A DNA stretch of 64,000 nt. Origin: Octopus vulgaris (taxonomy: Eukaryota). Of the stretch, positions 54,450 through 64,000 are shown in pieces. How positions within the stretch are numbered: the stretch's first letter is position 1; each line of letters begins with the position of its first letter. Location: contig OX597828.1 of the NCBI GenBank assembly GCA_951406725.2, forward strand, positions 24,924,001 to 24,988,000. Reading direction: 5' to 3'. Both the position numbers and the translations under genes were made by a program. Under the pieces are notes generated by a model. That model did not search any database. It saw only the letters and a list, made by a program, of their open reading frames with translations, and was not told where the DNA came from.

Positions 54450-56802
54450 CATAAAAGATGAAGGTGGAAATAGCTCAGAAGTAAGTCTAAGATATTTCAA
54501 TTTAAGAGGAAATTTAATAAAAATGATTTTTTAAATTATATAAAAAAAATATGACCGGTTTTGATGATGAATCTTATCTTATCAAATATCAGTAAAAAGT
54601 TATAAAAAAATTGAAGTAAAACAGTTTATCTTCTGTCTTGGGGGTCAAGAACACGTCTGGTGATTTTTCGTTGAAGTCTTCTTTGAATATAGATTTGTAT
54701 AGAGTTCAAAGTGTTAGAGAGTAAGAGAACGGGTGTAGGTGTCTATTGTCTAAATGAAATCCTTGTGTGTTCCTACCAAAGGAGTGGCTTATAAGCATTT
54801 ATCAAATGGGTTTTATGTCCACCTGTGTATGTGTGTGTTTGTGTGTGTGTGTGTGTGTGTTTGAATGTGTGTGTGTGTGTGTTTGTGTGTGTGTGTTGTG
54901 TGTGTGTGCATATTGTGTTGAATGTCCTTTCAATATGTTTGGAATCTGACTGGCTTCGTATTGATGGATGTGTGTGTTTTGATGAATGTCTTGTGGAAGA
55001 AAGAATTAGGATTTTCCTTTGTGTTAGATGTATTCTTTTGAGTGTCTCCACCTGCGTGTATGTGTGTGGTCACCAGCTGTGTGTATGTGTGTGTGTGTTC
55101 GTGTGTGTTTGTATTGGTGTGTGAGTGTATGTGTGGGTGTGTTTGTGCGTGTGTGTGAGTGGTTTTTTGCAATGCTTTCTTTTGTGTGTATGTGTGTGTG
55201 TCCTTGTTTTTATGTTTTCTTTTGTATGTGTGTGTTTATGTGTGTGAGTGTGTGTGTTTGTGTGTTGTGCATGTGTGTATATATATATGTGTGTGTGTGC
55301 GCGCGCGCGCAGGCATATATATTGGAAAAAGATTTATGGACTAATGGGAAGTACTTTTCAAAACGATAATATGTATAAAATTGTTTTTAAAGCGTCTGTT
55401 CTTATTTATTGGTTGGTTGAGGTCGGGTCTATATTTAATTGTGACTTATACTTGTTAATAAATTGCCTTTCTTTATTTAGTCTTTGTTTTTGGTTGATAG
55501 AATTTGGACACTTGTAGAGGGAATATATTTTGAAATTTGGTAAGACCATTCCTGCACAGTTTGCAACGTGAATGCTTAAAGGAATTTTCCTTGTGCTTTT
55601 CTCTCGGATCTGTTGGCGATGGGTCGTCATTCTGTTGCGTAACGATCTGCCCGTCTGGTCTATGTAATTATGTTGGCAACCATTTTATGTGATTACATAG
55701 ATAAGGTTTTCCCTGTTGCAGTTGAAATTGGATTTAACTTTGAAGGTTTGGCCATCTTTGAAATTAAATTCTGATCCCTCAATTAGATAACAGCATGTGC
55801 CACTGTTTGTTCTACTGAATTTTGTGACAGTTGGGCTGGAAGTTTTTTTGTACGTTTTTGCTCCCGTGAGAATGAGTTTTAGCGTTTTGGGCTGCCTTTT
55901 GCTTTTGATGATTTGTTGTTTTTCTAAGATTTTTCTCGGTTTTTTAATCAGCAAATAAGATAGGGACGTTTTTGTAGATGTGATCAAATGTTTCGGTCTT
56001 CCTGAGTTTGAAGTTTGACATGAATGCTAAGACATTTTTCCATCTTTTGTTTTTTTTATTTTCCTGAGTTCATTGATATCCATTTGTCTCGCTTTCTTTA
56101 TTCCGCTTTGTTTATTCTGTGCCAGGAGGGAAGGCTCTTTGGATAAGTGTGTCCTTTTGTTTCTCTAGTCTTTGTTCACGTTTGGATGGTTCTGATACTA
56201 TGGTATCATGTTGAAGGGAATGTTGAGTTTGGTGTGTCTCGGGTGACATGATGCGAAACGGAGGTACTGTTTGGAGTCGGTGGGTTTCTAAAATATATCC
56301 ATTTCTATTTTCCCATCTTGGTTTTTGATTAGAATATCCAGAAAGGCAAGTTCTTTTGGGGTTAAAATCCATTGTGAATTGGATGTTATTGCTGAGGTTG
56401 TTTAACATATTTTTTAAAATTTAGTTAACTTGTCAATATTTTCCTGCCATAAAATAAATCAATCATTCCAGCATCTTTTCTAATTGTTTCTGAGTTGTGT
56501 ATGGAACATGTTACCGAATATTAGAAGAGATTGGTCGTATACGCATACACAAAAAAGGAAGCATCGCAAAAACAAAAACATATACAAAAGAAAACATCGC
56601 AAAAATACACTCATATACACGTACAAACACACACACATATACAATCACACACACATACACACAGGTGGAGACACACAAAAGAATATATGTAACCCAAAGG
56701 AAACTCCTAATTCTTTCTTATACAAGACATTCATCACAACACACACACCCATCAACACCAAACTAGTCACATTCCAAACATATTAAAAGGCCCTTCACCA
56801 CA

Positions 56803-56863
<61 letters not shown>

Positions 56864-57237
56864 AACAATCATAAACAGGTGGACATAAAACCCATTCAAT
56901 AAATGCTTTTCAGCCACTCACTTGGCAGGAATACAAAGATTTCTTTTGGACAATAGACACCTACTCTCTAACACTTTGAACTCTATACCAATCTATATCC
57001 AAAGAAGAAGACTTCAACAAAAAATCTCCAGACATGTTCTTGATCCCCAAGACAGATGATAAACTGTTTTTCTTCAAATTCAAAAGAAATTTTTACTGAT
57101 ATTTGATAAGATAAGATTCATCTTCGAAACCGGTAATTTATATAACTTTATATAACTTTTAAAATCATTTAAAATCCTTAAATTGAAATGTTTTAGTCTT
57201 AATTCTGTACTATTTCCACCTCTATCTTTTATATATA
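54448..57237 (-). mobile_element. 5'-truncated Penelope-like element with inverted terminal repeat
   Basis: RT C-terminus (NIQFTM..LAFLDI..KPTDSKQYL.F.SCHP.HTK.NIP) at about 56100-56460; GIY-YIG (FNCNRENLIYVIT*NGCQHNYIDQTGRSLRNRMTTHR) at about 55600-55750; 54448-55200 inverted at 56545-57237. Confidence 0.88.
57098..57140 (+). ncRNA. Hammerhead core (U3:A8 variant) in the Penelope terminal repeat; partner at 54548-54590 on minus
   Basis: TTGATAA-gataagattcatcttc-GAAA-CCGG-TA; partner has AAAA-CCGG-TC and a 5-bp stem I. Confidence 0.55.
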
Positions 57238-57297
57238 AAAATTTGATTTATATAGGTCTGTAATATTTTTTCATCCTATATATAGATACACACATAC

Positions 57298-57377
<80 letters not shown>

Positions 57378-57379
<2 letters not shown>

Positions 57380-57455
57380 GGTATATTGCGTATTGGTTAA
57401 GAGAGCTGGCTACTAACCCTAGGATTCCGAGTTCGGTTTCAAGCAGTGACCTGAA
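57378..57455 (+). mobile_element. Short tRNA-like SINE head
   Basis: tggttaagagagc...ccgagttcggtttc resemble A/B boxes. Confidence 0.45.
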
Positions 57456-57458
57456 CAT

Positions 57459-57616
57459 GCGTAGAAGTGACTGTGTGGTAAGTAGCTTGCTTACCAACCA
57501 CATGGTTCCGGGTTCAATCCCACTGCGTGGCTCCTTGGGCAAGCGTCTACTAAAGCCTTGTGAGTGGATTTGGTAGACGGAAACTGAAAGAATGTATGTA
57601 TGTATGTATGTATGTA

Positions 57617-57699
<83 letters not shown>

Positions 57700-57876
57700 T
57701 ATGTGTATATGTTTGTGTGTCTGTGTTTGTCTGCCAAACATCGCTTGACAACCGATGTTGGTGTGTTTATGTTCCCGTAGCTTAGCGGTTCGGCATAAGA
57801 GACCAATAGAACTAAAGGTGGTGCTCCAGCATGGCCGCAGTCAGATGACTGAAACAAGCAAAAGAGTAAAAGAGTA
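57459..57876 (+). mobile_element. SINE family A with internal deletions
   Basis: Head and tail match 13628-14058. Confidence 0.88.
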
Positions 57877-57977
57877 TATATATACTTAATAAATATCATG
57901 GTAGGAAAGCATTTTAAGAAATTCTTTTTTTACTACCACTGGCCTAGCATGTAAAAAACTAGTCAATAGACTATATA

Positions 57978-58362
57978 TCTTTATATATAAAAGAGAAGTT
58001 GTGTGTCTGTCTCCTACAATTTAGATTCCTAACTACTCCCACATTTTGCGGTGCAGTTTAACCAAAACCGGGTATCTTATAGTCGTGATTCATATCGAGC
58101 CCTTCTGGGTATTAGCGCGCGTCTACGATGTGTCTACGATTAAAAAAAAATTACCATCATTTTTTTCCATTTTAATGCATTTTTTCGCTATTATATAAGG
58201 GAAGTAACTCTCTAAAACTGTCTACGATGAGTCAACGATTTAAAAAAAAATTTACCAACATTTTTTTTCCATTTTTTTGCTATTTTTTGGCTATAACTCT
58301 CTAAAAATGCTTATATAGTTATTTCCCTTACAAACCCGAGTAACGCCGGGCGATACTGCTAG
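57978..58362 (+). mobile_element. Non-autonomous Helitron, copy 2
   Basis: A|TC...hairpin...CTAG|T; near-identical to 37273. Confidence 0.88.
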
Positions 58363-58914
58363 TCTAGAATAAGATAACGTGACTATGATGGTCTACGAGT
58401 CGACAACCACCATATAAAAGTGTTACTAATTAGTTTGTGTATGAGAGAGAGATGTACCCAAGAACTCAATGTGTATGTCCCAAATCTTTGTGCCTCACCT
58501 TTTGTTTTGGTATATTTCTCTTGTGACAGCTAAAGTCAACAGGGTTTAGACTGTGTGCAGGGCCCAGTGTGTGTTGATATAAATAGAATACTTTTATCCT
58601 CAATATTGTCAGTGAAGACTAAGAGGCCTTCCAAAGCTTAGAGAATCAGCAGTCATGTCAGTTCTTTGTTATCTTACGCGAGGTCAACATCACGAGATAT
58701 CTTCCTGGGTCCCCGTCTTCCACAAGTTCCATCGACATTAAGTGATCTGATAAGCATTATTTTTTGCAGCTATCTCATACATATGTCTCCCTAGACACAA
58801 CAGAATATGCTTCAACACACAAACTCACATAAAGAATCTTGCAAACCAAATCCCAAAACGAAATATATATATATATATATATATATATGGAATTCTGCTT
58901 TTCTGAAATTTTGC

Positions 58915-59004
58915 TTCATCTTTCCATACGCCCCTGACATTTCTTTATCTGAATATATTCTTTTCAGATCATTGCAACTTTATTTAGAGGGAAAAACAGT
59001 TTAT
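58915..59004 (+). pseudogene. Mariner transposase C-terminal remnant
   Basis: FPYAPDISLSEYILFRSLQ resembles YSPDLAPSDYHLFRSLQ. Confidence 0.65.
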
Positions 59005-59006
59005 TA

Positions 59007-59519
59007 CCATAAATCCTCGAGTATAGTCTGCCCTTGAGTATAATACGCAGGGGAATTTTAGGGAGCTGTATCTCTGAAAAACTTAAACCTTGAGTCGTGC
59101 GTAATTAAGCCAGCAGCACCTAGACGAACAAACACTTCTGTGCATGCGTAATACAATAATGGTGATGTTCTTAACTGTTATATGGGAATGTAAATATGTT
59201 TGCAAATTGTTTTTGTTACATGTTATTCTGTGTTCTGAATACTTTTATTTTAATAAATGTTGCTTACTGCAAGTTATAGACTTCATTGCTTTCAGACGCA
59301 TTTTGTGATGTCAGTCGCGAAAATACCTGAAGCTGCTTCAGGTATTTTCGCGCCTGACATCACAAAATGTGTCTGAATAAACATTGCCGGACAGCAAATA
59401 GAGACTCGGACTTTGCTTAGAAAATAATTTTCATTTTTAACCTCGTATATAGTACGCACTAGGGATTTTGACCTTTAAATTTTGGGGAAAAACTGCAGAT
59501 TATACTTGAGGATTTACGG
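59007..59519. mobile_element. pogo/Tc2-type MITE
   Basis: TA-ccataaatcctcgagtatagtctgc ... gcagattatacttgaggatttacgg-TA, about 25-bp TIRs with 3 mismatches. Confidence 0.85.
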
Positions 59520-59664
59520 TAATTGAGCAGAAGTTAAAAGCAATTGTGGTTTTATCTGCAATAAGTGATGACGAGGATCTTTTTTCTTTTTCTGTATCAA
59601 ACTTCTTTGCATTTTTCTTTTCTCATTTTCTCACAGTCCAGTATCCTGGTTTTTAAAATACATA

Positions 59665-60061
59665 TCTTTATATATAAAAGTTAGGTTGTGTGCTGTCTGC
59701 CTCCTACGATTTAGATTCCTAACTACTCCCACATTTTGTGGTGCAGTTTAACCAAAACCAGATATCTTATAGTCGTGATTCATATCGAGCCCTTCTGGGT
59801 ATTAGCACGTATCTACGATGAGTCTACGATTTTTTAAATAATTTACCATCATTTTTTTCCATTTTAATGCATTTTTCGCTATTAAATAAGGGAAGTAACT
59901 CTCTAAAACTGTCTACGATGAGTCAACGATTTAAAACAAAAATTACCATCATTTTTTTCATTTTTAATGCATTTTTTGCTATTTTTTGGCTATAACTCTC
60001 TAAAAATACTTATATAGTTATTTCCCTTACAAACCCGAGCAACGCCGGGCGATACTGCTAG
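59665..60061 (+). mobile_element. Non-autonomous Helitron, copy 3
   Basis: A|TC...hairpin...CTAG|T. Confidence 0.88.
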
Positions 60062-60076
60062 TTATTCGTATAAATA

Positions 60077-60201
60077 CAGTGTACATTTAAACAGACAAGA
60101 CATGACCATCATAGGGCACCTAACACGCTAAAAGGAGTAGCCAAAATCCAAACCACTCCTTCTAGCCTGTTAGGTGTTCCATGATGGTCATCTCTTATGT
60201 A

Positions 60202-60205
<4 letters not shown>
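60077..60205. mobile_element. Fold-back MITE with CAGTG termini, copy 1
   Basis: Same as 62090-62229 with a small deletion. Confidence 0.75.
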
Positions 60206-60267
<62 letters not shown>

Positions 60268-60286
60268 TTGTGCGTATGTGTACATA

Positions 60287-61725
60287 CAGTGTGTCCCTCA
60301 GAATATGTACACACTTTAACAGCAGATAATTCATTTGATTTTCAGATTCACGCATAAACCATTACAAATAATGTAGGGATCCCTATGAAGCTTTAAACGA
60401 AGGCAATTTACTCAAAAGTATGATTTTTGAATTTGAAAACGCAGTCGAAGTACAAATATGATATTAGAGGGAGTTTCAAACACAACCATCTTGGCTAGTT
60501 ACAAACACGCGAAATAGATTAAAGCTTGAAGCTGACGAAAGTGTTCAGAATGTCCATAAGAAACATTTCGGAAACCTGCGGCAACCGATGAATCCCACAA
60601 AGCAAGAGTTTCCCGAATTTAAAGAAAACCTGTATGACAAGTGAGTTGGGAGACAGGAATTTCAAAATCAAGTGCTCATCGCATTTTAAAGCGCTCTCAT
60701 TGCAAAATATACATTCCAGGAATAGTCCATCGTCTCAATGAAGATGATCTAGGCCGGAAAATGGTGTTTTCCTCGTGGCACTTGGCAATATGTGTACAAG
60801 ACGATTTTCCTACAGATATTTTTGGGATTGCTGAATCTACGTTTAGTCGTTTAGATTAAATACTCTTTACTCTTTTTACTCTTTTGCTTGTTTCAGTCGT
60901 TTGACTGCTGCCATGCTGGAGCACCGCCTTTAGTCGAGCAAAATCGACCCCGGGACTTATTCTTTGTAAGCCCAGTACTTATTCTATCGGTCTCTTTTGC
61001 CGAACCGCTAAGTGACGGGGACGTAAACACACCAGCATCGGTTGTCAAGCAATGCTAGGGGGACAAACACAGACACACAAACATACACATACATATATCT
61101 ATATACATACACACGACAGGCTTCTTTCAGTTTCCGTCTACCAAATCCACTCACAAGGCATTGGTCGGCCCGGGGCTATAGCAGAAGACACTTGCCCAAG
61201 ATGCCACGCAGTGGGACTGAACCCGGAACCATGTGGTTGGTTAGCAAGCTACTTACCACACAGCCACTCCTGCGCCTAAATAATTAATTAATCGACAAAA
61301 TTGTACAGACGGGGGACAGAAGAATCTGCAGATTTTGGAGGAAGATCATGTTTACCAGGGTTTACAGAACAGTGCAATTTTTCAACAAAAGGTTTAATTG
61401 GTTTATTCGTTTTTGATGATACTGTGTTTCGGGTCCAATTTACTTAAACTTGCTGCAACAGTATGCTTATGCCAAAGTATTGAAGAAAACTTTAAAGCTG
61501 TGGAATTTATTTCTAGTAAAGTTGAGCGCGAACACATTACCATAGTAAAGTAAGGGCCTACCTTGATAAGATTTTGTCTGACAGGTGGATTGGACGAAAA
61601 GGTTCGTTAAAATACAACGCATTCTACTACTTAAATTTTTTTATAGGGATTCTTAAAAGATGAAGTCTACAACACAAAACTGGTTATTGTCGGCGAATTG
61701 TAAGCAGCGATTTAATAAAAGGAGA
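60287..61725 (+). mobile_element. Decayed DUF4817-type Tc1/mariner transposon interrupted by a SINE
   Basis: FENAVEVQ..REFQTQP, GISKSSAHRILKR..LNEDD, NRQNC and HYHSKVRAYLDKILSDRWIGRKG motifs. Confidence 0.82.
60863..61276 (-). mobile_element. Full-length SINE family A with possible 6-bp TSD taaata
   Basis: taaata at 60857-60862 and 61277-61282; near-identical to other family A copies. Confidence 0.93.
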
Positions 61726-61851
61726 AGCGAAAATCCAAACCACTCCTTCTAGCCTGTTAGGTGTTCCATGATGGTCATCTCTTATGTGTTTAAATGTACA
61801 TGTGATCTCTTGAGCACCACCAGCAAAAAAATTTTTTTTCCTCTGTCTTCC

Positions 61852-62006
61852 CTTCTCGGGATCTTTCCTTCTCCTTTGTTTCCGACGAAGAGCTCCGCTC
61901 GAAACGTTAAATCCCTCCTTCCCTTCTTTCCTGAGCGTCAAATAATACTTTAATTGTTCCACGTCCTCGCGATGCTGTGTTTTTTTCTGTGTTTTCTTGT
62001 TTGGAT

Positions 62007-62010
<4 letters not shown>
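61852..62010 (+). mobile_element. Hammerhead-bearing short repeat, copy 2
   Basis: gttt-CCGACGA-agagctccgctc-GAAACGTT-aaat at 61878-61912; ends ggattaac-(TA)n exactly like the 20655 copy. Confidence 0.7.
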
Positions 62011-62061
<51 letters not shown>

Positions 62062-62089
62062 TTGTTTGTATATATTATTCATATAAATA

Positions 62090-62226
62090 CAGTGTACATT
62101 TAAACAGACAAGACATGACCATCATAGGGCACCTAACACTCTAAAAGGAGTAGCCAAAATCCAAACCACTCCTTCTAGCCTGTTAGATGTTCCATGATGG
62201 TCATCTCTTATGTGTTTAAATGTACA

Positions 62227-62229
<3 letters not shown>
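62090..62229. mobile_element. Fold-back MITE with CAGTG termini and TA flanks, copy 2
   Basis: About 60-bp imperfect inverted arms cagtgtacatttaaaca... / ...tgtttaaatgtacactg. Confidence 0.82.
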
Positions 62230-62300
<71 letters not shown>

Positions 62301-62746
62301 TTGTGCGTATGTGTACATACAGTGTGTCCCTCAGAATATGTACACACTTTAACAGCAGAATGAGGGCAAATATCGAAGGAAATGTTTCCTGATGTTTCCC
62401 TTGCTATTGCTTAACGTTATCCTTAGAGACTGATCCAGGACAGACATCCGTTTGAAAGCAAATGCTCATTAAAAGATACTCTCTCTCTATACATTCTAAT
62501 AAATTTTGAAAACGAGATACATTTCAATACACACTGACTTTATTATCGTTCAAAGGTATATATGTTGTGTTCTTAATCACTGCACGTTCATAAAAGACCA
62601 TAATCTCTGGACGAATACCGCAATAACTTCAACGATGTATAAATATACTTCCATCAGGTATTTTAAATTAATACGGTGTTTAATACCGGACACATATACA
62701 CACACATAGATACATATACAGATATACACAAATGCATACATAATAC

Positions 62747-62811
<65 letters not shown>

Positions 62812-63089
62812 GTATATCCATGTATGTATCTATGTATGTATGTATATATATATATGGGTATATCCATGTATGTATCTATGTATGTATGTATGTATGTATG
62901 TATATATGCATATATTGAAAACAACTACCCAAAAAAAAGAAAATTGCAGTGTGCTTAACATCATTACGATGTCAATGACGAATAATATAGATTGAAAAGT
63001 GCAGCAGAGCGTCATACATACACCGACAGACACACATATACATATATATACATATGCATGCATACATATATACATACATACACACACGG

Positions 63090-63135
<46 letters not shown>

Positions 63136-63174
63136 TATATAATGTATATGTACATATAATGTGTGTGTGTGTGC

Positions 63175-63212
<38 letters not shown>

Positions 63213-63289
63213 GTGTGTGTGTGTGTACGCGGGATTCTGTGTCCGCGATCATGTCTGCTGGTGCATCCTTTTATGTTAAAAACGTAAAT

Positions 63290-63420
63290 TAACGATTCGT
63301 TAAATAAAAAATCAATGAAGTGCGTACCGGGATCGATATCATGCACTAGAAACCATTCAAAGCGTTGCCCCAGCATGGTATCAGTTCAATCACTGGAACC
63401 AATTAGAAGAATAAAAGAAT
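63290..63420 (+). mobile_element. Diverged SINE family A tail (another at 63912-63970)
   Basis: gcgttgccccagcatgg..actggaac..aagaataaaagaataaa. Confidence 0.6.
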
Positions 63421-63655
63421 AAACACGCACACACATACATACATGCATGCATACACACAGACACATGCGCACACACAGACACGGACATATCCAGATATAC
63501 ATACAATCATACATACATACGTACATATAGGTGTGAGCGTGTGTGTGCGTATATGCATGTGCCTATGTACGTATATATCTATGTATATACTTACATATAC
63601 ATGCGTGCATATATATGAGTGCATGTGTGTACATATATATCTATATGTGTATATG

Positions 63656-63705
<50 letters not shown>

Positions 63706-63749
63706 TACATATATATATATTGATCTTTCTATATTCATATATATATATG

Positions 63750-63820
<71 letters not shown>

Positions 63821-64000
63821 CTGTAGACGTACATGTTTTATATATATAAATATATATATACGCATATATGTACGTTTATATGTATATCTATATCTATCTG
63901 TATACATATATGGCGGTGCCCCAGCATGGCCACAGCTCATAAGCTGAAACTAGAATCAATCAATCAATCAATCATATATATATATATATAATATTATATT

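Overview
Eukaryotic, AT-rich, extremely microsatellite-dense non-coding DNA (intergenic or deep intronic). The SINE families, (TA)n/(TATG)n/(AAT)n load and transposon mix look like an Octopus-type cephalopod genome; that is inference from recalled repeat families. I found no intact host protein-coding gene, and nearly all listed ORFs are translations of simple repeats. The recognisable content is mobile DNA: many tRNA-headed SINEs (at least 3 families); at least 8 decayed Tc1/mariner elements (D34D mariner, D37D maT, Tc1-like, DUF4817-type); MITEs; three young non-autonomous Helitrons; CR1-like, L1/Tx1-like and probably R4/Dong-like LINE fragments; and a Penelope-like element (RT + GIY-YIG) with an inverted terminal repeat. 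The most notable hidden signal is a set of about 10 type-I hammerhead ribozyme motifs from several unrelated short repeats beside (TA)n tracts. One has an intact core, three closable stems and an unusually long stem II (39094-39187, minus strand). Three families carry the compensatory U3:A8 core variant. Also notable are SINE head-to-tail multimers with a recurrent internal junction and several long near-perfect inverted repeats. All structures were read by eye and none were computed.
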